Assembly (NCBI GenBank): GCA_001949185.1
Contig: BDGG01000004.1
Coordinates: forward strand, 2,856,912 to 2,920,911
Direction of reading: 5' to 3'
DNA length: 64,000 nt
DNA from: Ramazzottius varieornatus
Lineage: Eukaryota > Animalia > Tardigrada
Shown here: positions 1 through 11,733 of the stretch, piece by piece
Layout: each line of letters begins with the position of its first letter
How positions within the stretch are numbered: the first letter of the stretch is position 1
Notes under the pieces: generated by a model
Databases searched by the model: none
What the model was told of the DNA's origin: nothing
The model's input: only the letters and a program-made list of their open reading frames with translations
Program-made: the position numbers and the translations under genes

Positions 1-1032
1 TTCTGTCTAGCGGCTGAAGGAAAGCGGTCTGTCCCGATGGCAAACACATGGCTTCGATCTCCTTCTCGCTATTATTCATGCAAGCGGCCAGAAACTGTTA
101 AGATGAGACGAATGTCCATCGAAGAAGAGAACGTTCTGCAACAAAGACGAACAAAACAAATTTTGTACTGGATATCCGCTCTGCCACAAAGACGCTAAGT
201 TTCGCTGAGCTCACAGATTCACCTTGTGAGTCGTTATCGAGGTAGACCATTCTTTCACTAGATAATCATGCAGCACGAACTGATCCATGACTCCAGAGGA
301 GTTCGTGCTCAGGAAACACTCATCGTTCGTATCAGCAAAATGTGATTCTACGTGCATTTTGCCCTTGTAAAGAATCAACGGCCGAAGCATCTTTCCGGCA
401 GCATTTCCCAGCGCCAAAAGCGTCATGTTCTCTCTATTTCCGAGCCCTTCACATACGCCGGAACCTCCTGGGCGCCTTTCTGTGCGTAACCCTTGTCATA
501 TATCTGAGCGAGTTGAAAACCTGATTCATCCAAATTCCAGATGGCGTTTGGATCATCCAGGAATCCCCGGTCGGCGAGACGCCAAAACTAGCTTACCTTT
601 GGCTAGTCCTGTGACTCGCACAATTACAGTCAGCTTCCGATTGTTTAGTGGTGCTCCGACTTTCATACAGCTCAAGAGTATGTCACAGATCTCAAGCTCT
701 TCCTCCTCCGTGAAACTCGTTGGTGCACCAATCTTTTTCGTATGACGACCATTCAATCGGTCTCTCAAAGTTAATGGTGCGATTTCGTAGCTTGCTCTCC
801 GTTCATTTCTCTGTTTGCTACGGCGGCCAGTGCGGCTTCCATCTGCGGATAGCTCCTCGAATATCTTCGCTTCGGCTTTTCCATAATTGCTGCTCGGAAT
901 ACCAGAAACAGAAACGAGATCAAAAAGACAATCCAAACTCGCACAGACAATGTCGCTGGAGGAAAACAGTGAAATTTCAGAATGCTCACGGGTGGGAAAT
1001 GACAGCATGTTATATGACATGACCTCCAGCTG
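1..1032 (-). mobile_element. Decayed pogo/Tigger-type (psq-HTH + DDE_1) DNA transposon, truncated by window edge
   Basis: Minus strand from ATG 884: MEKPKRRYS..MEAALAAV / YEIAPLTLRDRLNG..GAPTSFTEEEELEIC (psq/CENP-B HTH), then IWNLDESGF, TLLALGNAAGKMLRPLILYKG, LFFDGHSSH and LPSGQTAFLQPLD (DDD triad). Frameshifts near 800, 430 and 90; GT-AG intron 136-222; candidate end TA|CAGCTGG at 1032. Confidence 0.85.
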
Positions 1033-1712
1033 TACTGAGATATTGGCTTGGTGCTTGTAGAAAGCAATGCGCTTGACGTTTAGGTGTTACGTGACAGAGC
1101 CTCGGTTTCAATCAAACTCGACCCAAGAAATGCTACGGGTAAAAACTTCGTGGAAATTTGACAGCTCACTGCGTTACACATCACGTAATTCATGCCGATC
1201 AGCTGACTTTTGAGCAGATGTGGTGTCGCCTGCAGGTTGCCTTTTCCCTAACATCAGAACGGCTTGTTTGACATGACATCGGGTCATCAAAATCTTCCAC
1301 CGATCTCTACTCTCAATCTCAGTTGTCTTCGGTTTAAACTGAAGACCAGTGTTGTGTCCAATTTTAGAAAAAGATCCTGATTTTTCTACCGCACTTGTAG
1401 TTTGTAATTCAGGAACAAACATAGACCACGAAGTTTGTTGCAGCAGCGAAGTTAGGCCTCGCACCTCGTACTGCAACTGCAACCGCCAATCAGATTCCGT
1501 GTTTTTCTTTGTTTCGGTTTTTCGCCGATTGAAAGCTCAAAATCGCAATATCCCGTGCGTTTCGTCCTAATCTTTGTGAGATAGATGCGTCCCCAGTCTT
1601 CCCGCTTCCGCCAACGACTTCGGCGGCTGCTCTTCCATCCCACACGAACTGAGACTTCGTAGTAAAAAAACAGGATCGCCTTCACAACGGAAGATACTCA
1701 AATTGTGCTAGG

Positions 1713-4045
1713 ATGGAGACGTTTTCTTTGAACGCAGATGGATTGCTCCGTCTCTCCCAGCTCCGGCGTCAGCAGACCAAAGATCCTGTTCCATCCAAAA
1801 CCGAGGTAAGGCTCATGAATCTCACCCATTGCCGTTATGGGGCGCAACTAACTACTTTCGTGCTGTACAGAACGATCTTGGGAGGCGCGCTGAGGCGATG
1901 GACATCGAGCAAAACCAGGTTGCAGAGCTTCGCCTATCCGCAAAGACTGTTGATGTCCCCGCTAACATTCCGAACGAGAAAGCCTCCCTTCAGGGTAGAT
2001 GTGTCGATTTTCTCGACCGCTTCCGAATAGGAACCCTCAGTGAACCATGCACGGTAACTCTGCCGGACTTTGTGCACCTGCTGTCCATAAAGCTGCTTGA
2101 TGAGAGGAACGACAAGGAATGCGATGGCATGATCAGAGACCTTCTGGTTCATAACCGAGCCAAGTTTTTGACTTGTTTACAACACCTGAACTGGACGTGG
2201 AAGAGCCTCTTGGAGAACGAGCAGTTGCACACGCTGTTCCTGAAAGATATTATTCCTGCATGTGGCGATCCGGAAGAGAAGGTCCTAATGGCACAGATAG
2301 CACTCAAGATGTTCTCGAACGCTATCCAGGAAGAAGGCTCCTCGCTTGCGGATGACTTTACGCTTGTCCTTGAGGAGCTATGCCGTTTGCCTGACTTTGC
2401 AGCAGTCTTCATGTGGATGCTAGTAGCGTTACTAGCCTGCGAAGTAAATGTCGATAGCTCTAGTACGTTTAGTCCGTTCGCTAAACAATTTGTCTGTTAC
2501 AGGAAACAGATCCATTTTTTTCGGGTGGAGTTTGTCAGATTCCGGTCTACATCAACCAGTTGGAATCGATCTCATTGTACGATGCAAATGCCAAGCATCT
2601 TTCGTCGCCTTCACTCCTCCGACTTCATCCAGATCCGCGCGAGCTAAAGTTCATCCCCAAGAATGGCATTGTACCCATCAAGACAAAGCGGATACTGCGA
2701 ACCGTGACAGTCAAAGCTCAGCAAGTTAGAAGGAACCAAGCGCTGATACTGGATGCCTTATGGTTCTGCTGCGAGGCTTTCGGCAACCCTCCCGCCTCAA
2801 GTCTGGCAGTTTCACAAACGCAATCGTCTCCTAGAAAGAGTGACACAGTTGCGTCAGCATCAGCTGAGCCGATGAACCAAGACTCGCCTTCATCGCCTGT
2901 ACCCGAAACACCATCCTCTCCACCACCGGAAGCTACGGGACTCCCGCTAGAAAGCCCTGCTAGTCCGGACCTTCCAGAGATGCGCAGCTCAAAGGTGCTG
3001 GATGAAAAGCTCCCCGATCGATTTCGTGTCGAATACAAGGAGCTGGGCATAAAAGTCTCTGTCATAGCAGCGGAACCGAGGAAGACGGATGAAAAGTCGT
3101 TTTCTTATATAGCTCTCAAGCAAGCTCTGTATAAACTAGGTATGGACTACCGAACACTACGATCACTGAATCCACAATCGAAATTATTCTAATGGCGAAG
3201 AAAGTATTAGAAAAATTCAGAAAAATTTCGAAATTTATTGAAAAATTCGAAATTCTGTAAAACTCTGCAATGTTATGGATAGTATCAAGGTATTCGTATG
3301 TTTTCAGGTGGGTGGTATTGGTTGGCCGTGTGTCTGATCGACATCCTGAAACCAGAAGCGTCCGACATTGGAGTAACTTGGCCGGAGTTCCACACAGTGG
3401 CTTTCTTCAATCGCAATGTCCACATAGTGAAGGTCTTCCGCAAGAATCCGGTCTGGATGAAAATACTGGAAGCGGCTGCCACAGCCCAACCCAACTCGTT
3501 TTTGTATTACTCGCCCTTATTCCGCCCATTCTATATTCATCTACACATGCACTGGGAGACTAGTCTAGATGGTCCTTTGGTTTCATCAAACGCGGTACCG
3601 AGGGAGCAATCTTTATGGCTCTTTCGGTGCTTGGGAAAGGTGGGTCCGCACTCTGCGCTCAGTCAGGCCATTCAAAAGTGCAGTCATTCACTTTTTCTCG
3701 CAGGCGAAACTCATCCATGAGCCGTATACTTTCCTGCCGGCTATTCTGGACCAACTAGCGCCCTTCGAAATCAGTTCGATCCTTGCCTCCCTTTGGAAAG
3801 TTATTACGGTTCGTAGACGAATTGACAGATTAAGCTCTAAAAAGGAAAAATCGTATGCACCATTCCAAATCGGCAATACAAAATTGATCATGAGCATGAT
3901 GAAGGCTCTTTGTGAGCTCATCTTGGGGTATAGTAATGATACATTTTCTGATATTCCAGACGTATTTTCCGAATCCTCATGGGCTCTTCCTTCTGTCCGA
4001 GGCAGAACAAAGCTATCGAGCTCGGCAAATGGCGGAAACAGGTAA
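1713..4045 (+). CDS. INTS5: Divergent Integrator complex subunit 5-like protein (about 660 aa; exons ~1713-1805, 1871-2443, 2502-3139, 3308-3639, 3704-4045)
   Basis: In-frame GT-AG joins of the 1713, 1829, 2560, 3298 and 3569 ORFs. C-terminal VTWPE..RNVHIVKVFRKNP..LLEAAATAQPNSFLYYSPLFR..HWETS..LDQLAPFEISSILASLW parallels recalled INTS5 LAWPPE..RDLRIGRRFREQP..PALCYCSVLLR..HWEAS..SQLAPFEVRLLLLSVW. Confidence 0.65.
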
Positions 4046-4975
4046 AATATCAAATTCTCTTTAAACTGGATACTACAGTACATTAGTGGTACTTTCTGCT
4101 GAATTTTCCCTATTCAGATTGCCTGTTGAAAATTCGGGCGGTGGTGTTCTCCCGACTGGGAAGCTTGAACATTGTGGCCAGGAAGTTCTTCATGGCGTCC
4201 AAAGTTCCTCTGGAAGAGTCGCGGTGGTACGAGTCAACACAAAGCCAGGATGTGGTGTCAGCACCTGCTCCTCTCAACGCTGCCCAGTTAACCAAAGTGG
4301 ATTGACGACAATTATCCGGATCCTAAACTCCCCGTGCGTGGTTAGCACTGTTTAAATATGTAAGTTGGGCAGCTAACGCTGCAGTTTTATGTGTGTAATC
4401 AAGTCTCCTGAAAGGACAGATGTTTTAACATCCCATAGTTTTCTGATAATATCAAACAACCTACAGGGTCCCGCGTTGCATCTGTTGCGCAGAATGGAAA
4501 CCAAAGGTTGCACGAGTGGGATAACTGTTTGTCGTGCTTGTGGCACAACTGTAAACTTTCTGATGGGTTTCGAATGTACCATATAGCGGTGTGTATTCGT
4601 CTCATGAGAACGTTTGACTGTTTCTTTCTGAGGGCTGCTGTAGTGATGTTAACTAGGTGAATTTAGAATATCCACTCCAGTGGTGCTTAGGTCCGCTTTT
4701 GAGTCAAGCAGTCGGTCGTTTCTTTGGGTCTCTGGAGACCGCTCCCCTTTGAGGGATGTTTGCTGAGTGAATTGGCTTCGTTATTGATGCTCACGCTTGG
4801 GATCTGAGTTCTCGCATACCGGGAAAAGCAGACATATAAAAAGATCGGCGATTAACCTGTGGCTGTGAATGTTCTGTTGTTGAGCTTGGTATCGACTGAA
4901 GTCCGTGGGATCGTGCTTTGATCGGGCAGTCAACTTCTGACGCCCAACAACTGACCCACAAGCTGAGCCGGAAGA

Positions 4976-5452
4976 ATGAGAACCGCCATCTTGATTTCTT
5001 CCTTGCTTTTTGCGCATTTTTTAGTGTGGACTTTCGTATCGGCAAGTCCAGCACAATCATCGCATCAACCAGTCAAACGAGGTAACCGAGTGCGCGACTT
5101 GTGTTGTTCCCCGGATGTCCCAGAATTATTCCTAGATGTTTTCAAAATTCTTCACAGGTTTTGAATCAATGTTGTCTTTACTGCAGATGCCAGTAATTTA
5201 CTGTCGACTTCAGGGCTTCATCGTGGCTACTGGACACCGTTCTTTCAAAGGTTTGGAAGTCGCGTGCCTCCCGGATTCCGAAGGGACTTCGCTTCCGATC
5301 CAAGTGTGATCAAAGATACCGACCTACAGGCCGCTCCAGACTTTAACGCATGGAGAAATCGATTGAACGAGTTCAATTCCCGGTTTGATGTCCTCAAGAG
5401 GCAATCTTTGGTCCAGCACGAAGAGGCTGAACCTATCGAGTTTCTGGGATGA
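4976..5452 (+). CDS. Neuropeptide-like precursor, 123 aa (exons 4976-5081, 5187-5452), C-terminal EFL-amide peptide
   Basis: Signal peptide MRTAILISSLLFAHFLVWTFVSA; phase-1 intron 5082-5186 (GTAACC..CTGCAG) joins in frame to the 5264 ORF; KR, RR, KR dibasic sites; ends KR-QSLVQHEEAEPIEFL-G-stop. Confidence 0.75.
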
Positions 5453-6718
5453 TCTCCGGCAATTCGCACAACTTGGAATATCATCTAAGTTAGCTCCAAC
5501 CTCCTGAAACATTTCTTTTAGCAGAAAGGTATCTCTGCGCAGCTCGTTCCTCCCAAGATTAAGCCTTTTCCCGACATTTTTACTGATATATCCAAAACTG
5601 GTCTGCAACATACCGTACCAGTGGTGCTGATTGAACGATCTTCTGAGCAGGGACGGGCCTACTTCAGGAATTCGTTTTCCCTGCTATAGTACTCATGATA
5701 ATTATTACTTTCAAGCGGAGAACCGAAAAGGATTGGATGAATTTCCATAGTTACTTTTTTAAGACTTAGTCTGGTGTAGTCTGATAGACTATTTTTTTAT
5801 GGCGGTGGCATCATGGAACGCTCTGTGCTGCGCGTTTGAGTGCATTGATCAGCCATTTTGTGCATTCTAGTCCAGAGGTACTCTGACGTCACCGCGCATA
5901 TACTGCGGGCTGCAGCGGTGACTTTGCGGCGGCGTTTGCCAACCGAATAAACTGGTTCCTCACCTTTTCGCTATGCGTGGTCTGACACTAATGGTGCTTT
6001 TTTGACAAGTACGTGCACATGAACTGGTCACTAGGATCGATTGAGGAAGTTCGTAGTAAAATTTCTGACGATACTTCGTTGTACGCACGTATACCTACAT
6101 GGAACTCGAGCAGTTTTCACTTATTCAAATACAGTACCATATCCTAACAAAAAGTCAGCATCTTCAGCACCTCAACGAGATAAGGCTTTCACTTTGCCAT
6201 CTTATACAACTTGATATTGGCGATTTGTAATCGTCAGAATGCTGCGCTTAGATCCGGCGCGCGTAATACGACAATGAAACTTGTGCTAGAGTCGAGTTTT
6301 ACTCTGCTGCGTTCGCATCTTATCGCAGTTGTTTTCTAATTTCTTTTGTTTGATCCATTCTCAGTACAGCATCTTGATTTCGTAAATGTCTTTCAAGAAT
6401 CTGTTGTGAGGCTTGCGTAGTGGAGTTGAGTTAATTGCAGTCAATCGAAAGTTCAGAATCGTCGTTTTATGTATTCTGCAATGTATTCAACTTTTGCAGG
6501 GTGGTTCGCCGTTTGCCTTACGCGGTTCTTCCTTGTTATGAATTTCACTTGATCAGGTGGACCCAGAACACTTTCTCCTCATCCATCAAACAATCTTGTT
6601 GATGAAGACCGGGTTGGTTACACCAGCTTTCATAGACAAGCCCGCTATCCATGATCTACCAGGAAATGACTGGGTTACGGGAATAGCGCGGGTTTACAGA
6701 CCATTCTTCTGTTCGAGA

Positions 6719-8277
6719 ATGGCCTCGGAAACCTCTTTACGAATTTTAATTCTTGGGCACCCTGGAGTTGGCAAATCGGGTAAGTCGGCTAAATAGTCGC
6801 AACAACTAACACGTTCTTCGAGCTGGGTTTCACGATCGAATACGATATGCGTAGTCGGTTTCAAATGTTGATGAAATATGCGCCTGTTTTTTCTATTCCA
6901 GCCCTTGCGGTACGATACCTGACCAAACGTTATCTGGGAGAATATATATCAAATACAGGTATTCATTTGTGGTTTCTTCAAGTAACCTTCAGTAATAGAG
7001 TTGGCTTCTAATTCTTACGGGTCGGTGTTTTATCAATTCGTGCAATATCAATGAAAAAGGTTCAGCAATCTCATCAATTTCTTCTTAGGAGCATTGAAGA
7101 GTTCCTTGTACCGCGGTGGTAGTACATATATGTTACAGTTAGACGTGGGAAAACGGTCGCAAACGACAACTGGTATGGTTGTGTAAGTGGTCATGAACCT
7201 GCGTCAAGTGCCAGACGCGGTCCGCGTCAGAACGGACGAAAAGCTCTGTAGGTGTCAATTCAAGCTTACAAATCTGTTTCAGTAGGACGACCAAGTACCT
7301 GCTACGCGTTTCAACTCGGTACTGCACATGTCGCGCACTTTGTCTATCTGGACCGATAACTGGGGTTCGCCACATCTGCAGTCCACAACGAGCGTGTAAT
7401 CTTTGACCCTTAGCGTTGTTTGCTGTTCGTTGCGACATTTTTCCTGCGTCAGGAAGAGACCACTCAAGAAAACCACAAACACGAACGAGTCATGCTGCAT
7501 ACGCTACAATGCATGAATCTCATTATCACTTCCTTGTCTTGTAGACGTGATGTATCGATGCATGGTTCAAGCCGAAAACAAGCGATGGAAACTGGAAATC
7601 TTAGACTCATCGAACAATGATACCCAGGTACTTTAGGCCGTACAATTTTTGCTCAGCACCCCTCAGTTAAGGTAGTCGAAACTCCAAACCATAGTACGGT
7701 TAATCAATGCAGTGTGTCTATTTGACGGTTCCATCGGCAGCAGACTTTGGACCCGGCAGTGCTAAATTCAGACTGGTCAGCAGAGGAACGGATACTCTGG
7801 GCGGACGCTGTGATCGTGGTTTACAGTATAACTGACCGGAAATCTTTCCTTGCTGCGCAACACTGGCTGCATATGGTCCGCAAGATCAAGGCGGAAGTGC
7901 CAGCTCCCGTTATTCTTCTGGGTACCAAAACGAATCTTGTGTATAATATTTTCTATTTCGTACAAACGGCCGTGCTGCTCATTGCAGGAAACAAAGGAGA
8001 CCTGGAAGACTTCCGGCAGGTATGCGTCACTGCAGGCGCAAAGACGGCGACCCAGTTCGCGTGCCTTTTCTCCGAGCTGTCCGCGGCGGAATCCGCACAG
8101 CAGGTCATTGAAGCCTTCGAGAGCCTCATACGGGAAGCTCAGCTGCATCAGTATTATCATCCTAAGATATTCGCAAGATGCAAGAGACCCAATATAATCA
8201 CTATGACGAAGCTCATTATTGCGTTGTTCGGGAAGTCCCCTAAAGTAAAGAGGCGAAGACCGTTCCTTTCGTTGTGA
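6719..8277 (+). CDS. RERG/RERGL-like Ras-family small GTPase (exons ~6719-6779, 6902-6958, 7545-7626, 7741-7921, 7988-8277)
   Basis: G1 GHPGVGKS, VRYLTKRYLGEY (RERG/RASL11-12 signature), WADAVIVVYSITDRKSF, G4 GNKGDL, G5 ELSAAE; no CAAX box. Confidence 0.85.
7139..7500 (-). CDS. Nested antisense small protein, 102 aa, possibly secreted (exons 7500-7299, 7245-7139)
   Basis: 53-nt GTAC..CCTACAG intron (7298-7246) joins ORFs 7279..7500 and 7139..7438 in frame; hydrophobic N-terminus SFVFVVFLSGLFLT; 5 Cys; lies entirely inside RERG-like intron 2. Confidence 0.5.
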
Positions 8278-8574
8278 AACACGCACTTTATTGTCAGTAA
8301 TCGTTTCCTTATTTCGAAGCTGAGTTAGCATCTTTGTATTGTGTCACCCTTCTTCCGTTATGACCTAATTACTGATGTGTCGAATTTTCTGAACACGGCT
8401 CATTGTTTGCAGTCAAATTAACATGCAAAGATGGGGAATTCAAAGTACAATCTCATGCGGAAGATCCAGAATTTTGGCTCTGAAGTAACGAGCTCGAACC
8501 CGGAAATGGACTGTATAACATGACATGGTATCGCATCACACACATGACGACGTGTTATGATGAGTGTCATGGTA

Positions 8575-8743
8575 CAAGTGTACCAAAAAGTTAACCGTCG
8601 AAAATGGGTGTTAGAAAGAGCCAGATGGAAATGGCCAATGAAATTTGCGCATGCGGCGAATCAAGACCGTTATTGGTCACAGGATAATTAAGCTCCCGTT
8701 TTTCGTCACGCCCGTTATCGACGGTTAGTTTTTTGGTACACTC
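8575..8743. mobile_element. Tc1/mariner-like MITE, about 170 bp
   Basis: Inverted termini AGTGTACCAAAAAGTTAACCGTCGAAAATGGGTG / CACGCCCGTTATCGACGGTTAGTTTTTTGGTACACT with TA at both flanks. Confidence 0.65.
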
Positions 8744-9295
8744 TATGACATGGGGACTTCGTTGTGAACTTGTGGTGAAACATAATCATAAGGAAAGATC
8801 AGCTGACTCGCGCATCCGAAACTGGTTTCCCGGGGAGGCTACTCGCATGATTCGCATCGGATCGGAGCTCACCGTCAAGTCCATGCTCGAGGTTCAATTG
8901 GCAAATCTGGGAGAGCACGGGATATCCTTGGACGTCGTGTAAATCCATCGGAGTCTGTAGGCTTCGCGTTAACGGCGGAACGACGCAATAGGTAAATATA
9001 AGGTACTGTAAGTTTGACCGAAAACACTGTGGATATTACTGGAGAAGGTGCCTCCTCTGGAGCGATTAGCAAACATTTCTTGTCTCCTTACAGAACTTAG
9101 CAATCGTTCGAGACGATATTTAGTGGTGGAGCCTAGAGTGCTACGTACGCGTGATGTAATGCTGTGAGAAGAGCGTGAGTATTCCGTCAACGTCAGAAAG
9201 ACCCTCGAACTCCTGTTCGTCTGAAACTTCTCACCTGTAACGTCCCTAACCCGAACTCTGCATCAACCTCTTTCGAGCCTGAAACAAGCCTGAAA

Positions 9296-11031
9296 ATGAA
9301 CAAGTTCGTACGGAGTGTGTTACTTCCGGTGGCGCGTTCTGCAGCTAAGCCTCGGCTTCTTTCTACCACAATCCCAAGATGCGAACAGGGACTGGCAAGA
9401 CAAACCGACAGTACCGCTTCTCCTAGCGCACCGAACCTCCCAGTGACGCATTTGTCGGAAGAGGAGACAATGATGCGGGATATTGGTATGCTATCATGGA
9501 GATTTATAATATTATGAATCGTGTAGCGAATATACAAATTCGAGCTTCATCCGTGTTTCAGCTCGGAAGTTTTCACGAGATGTAGTAGCGCCACTAGTAA
9601 GGAAAATGGATGCAGAATCTCAGATGGACCCGTCGGTTTTGCAAGGCATGTTCGACAATGGATTCATGGGAATCGAGATCGACCCTGAATATAATGGAGC
9701 TGGCTCGTCCTTCTTCGTGGCTAATTTGGTCATCGAAGAACTAGCCAAGGTTGATCCTGGTGTGGCCGTTGTCTGCGATATTCAAAACACTCTTCTCAAT
9801 GCATTGTTCCGGCGATATGGCACGGACGTTCAGAAAGACAAATACCTTTCCCGCTTGTCCACTGATATGGTACCTAACTACAGACAAACCTTGGATCCTT
9901 CTGTCTATTTGGAAATTGCTTTTTCTAGGTTGGTAGTTTCTGCCTGTCTGAGCCAACTTCCGGTTCCGATGCGTTCGCTCTAAAGACTCAAGCAGTCCCA
10001 GTTGGGGACGACTTCGTTATTACGGGATCCAAAATGTGGATAAGTAACGCAGAACAAGCGGGTACGTCACAGTATACAGAACCTACCGCCAACAGTTTCT
10101 CTTTGAAATCGGGTGGAACATAGCGTCGCAGTTGACGTCCAGTCCGTACTTACTACTGTCTATTTCTGTAGGCGTTTTTCTGGTATTCGCCAACGCAAGA
10201 CCTACTGACGTAAGAGCCCTCCGTTCGACTTTCCATCAGACATTTCCGGTTTTGTAAGCGGTTCTTACATGCTGATTTGCTTCAGGGCTATAAAGGGATC
10301 ACGTGCTTTATTGTCGACCGTGACACGCCTGGAATCTCTATAGGCAAGCATGAAGACAAGGTAAGAGACTTCATACTAATATGTATGGATAACCATATAG
10401 TACTACGAAATGTTTCTAGTTGGGAATACGAGCAAGCAGTACATGCCCCATGCATTTCGACCAAGTACGCGTCCCTTCAAGTAACATCCTGGGCGAATTT
10501 GGAAAAGGCTACAAATACGCCATCGAGCTTCTCAACGAAGGTCGGATCGGAATCGGTGCTCAGGTATAAGTATGTCATTGTTTCACTCTAGCCCGATAGC
10601 CCAAGTTGGATGCGTTGTAGATGGTCGGACTAGCTCAGGGATGTTTCGACGCCACACTGTCGTACGTTATGGAGAGAAAGCAGTTCGGCCGGCGAATATG
10701 GGAGTTCCAGAGCTTGCAACACCAGATGGCGGACACTGCCGCTAAGATCGAAGCTGCTCGTTTGTTGGTCTATAACGCGGCTCGCCTGAAAGAGAACAAC
10801 CTTCCTTTCGTCAAAGAAGCTGCGATGGCCAAGTACTACTCCAGCGAGATAGCGACCCTCACCACCTCGAAATGCGTGGAGTGGATGGGTGGAGTGGGGT
10901 TCTCCAAGGACTACCCTCAGGAAAAGTTTTACCGCGACTGCAAGATTGGAGCCATCTATGAAGGTACGTCCAACATACAGCTGAACACCATCGCGAAGTG
11001 TATTCAACAGGAAGCCGGGAAAGACAAGTAA
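9296..11031 (+). CDS. ACADSB: Short/branched-chain acyl-CoA dehydrogenase, mitochondrial (7 exons)
   Basis: Arg/Ser-rich transit peptide; [90 protein letters not shown]. Confidence 0.95.
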
Positions 11032-11733
11032 CAGAACAGTTTTCGGTTTTGGTTTTATATTGAACTGAATCTTGGCCGGTGTTATAGAGGGCGCCATGTT
11101 AGAAAAAGGGGTTTTCAAATTTCAACAAGCGCCTTATATTCCACAGAGTTTTACACTAACGCTTGCGTTCATGATTATAAACATTGCTCACTAATTTGGC
11201 ATTCGGGTAACTTTCAAATTTCATTTGTGAATAGAGAAATGAATGATTATTAGCGAAATAATGGTTATGCGGTTTTCGTTCTTGGGTCTTCGGATACCTT
11301 TATCACAGCCCGCTTTGAGTCAGGAGGAAAGTTCTTGATATGACACGACGACAAGATCCTGATTTGGATGCCTGCTTTTGATCTTAGCCAATGAGCTGCA
11401 GGTAGGAGGGAAATCGATTACTTTAGAGAAGCACGTAGTTTCCACTTCCAGACCGAAGCTGGAGCGTTGTGGTATGCATCTGGACCAGGACCACGCCCTC
11501 ACAGGAGCGGTAGAGGAAGTCAGTCTCGGGGTTACTCAGATATCAAGATTCTACAAATGCGGGAAGAAATATTATCTTCTGAGGCTTGCTTATATTTCTC
11601 CAGCAACAGAGAGAAAGCTGTCTGCGGTGTCTGGCTAATTCGACGATACATTTCAGGATCATCATATAGCCCCAATTACCCCGCCGTATCAGATTTATGC
11701 CATTGCAACAAGTTGTAAGGTCATTTTTCCGCC

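Noticed and set aside
4110-4860. Possible small minus-strand spliced gene between INTS5-like and the neuropeptide gene
   Set aside because: Short ORFs and AG/GT sites exist, but I could not build a unique phase-consistent model or recognise a family.
10630-11118. 162-aa antisense ORF over ACADSB (similar cases over RERG, 31494-31959, 46121-46813)
   Set aside because: Shadow ORFs of coding exons with no independent features.
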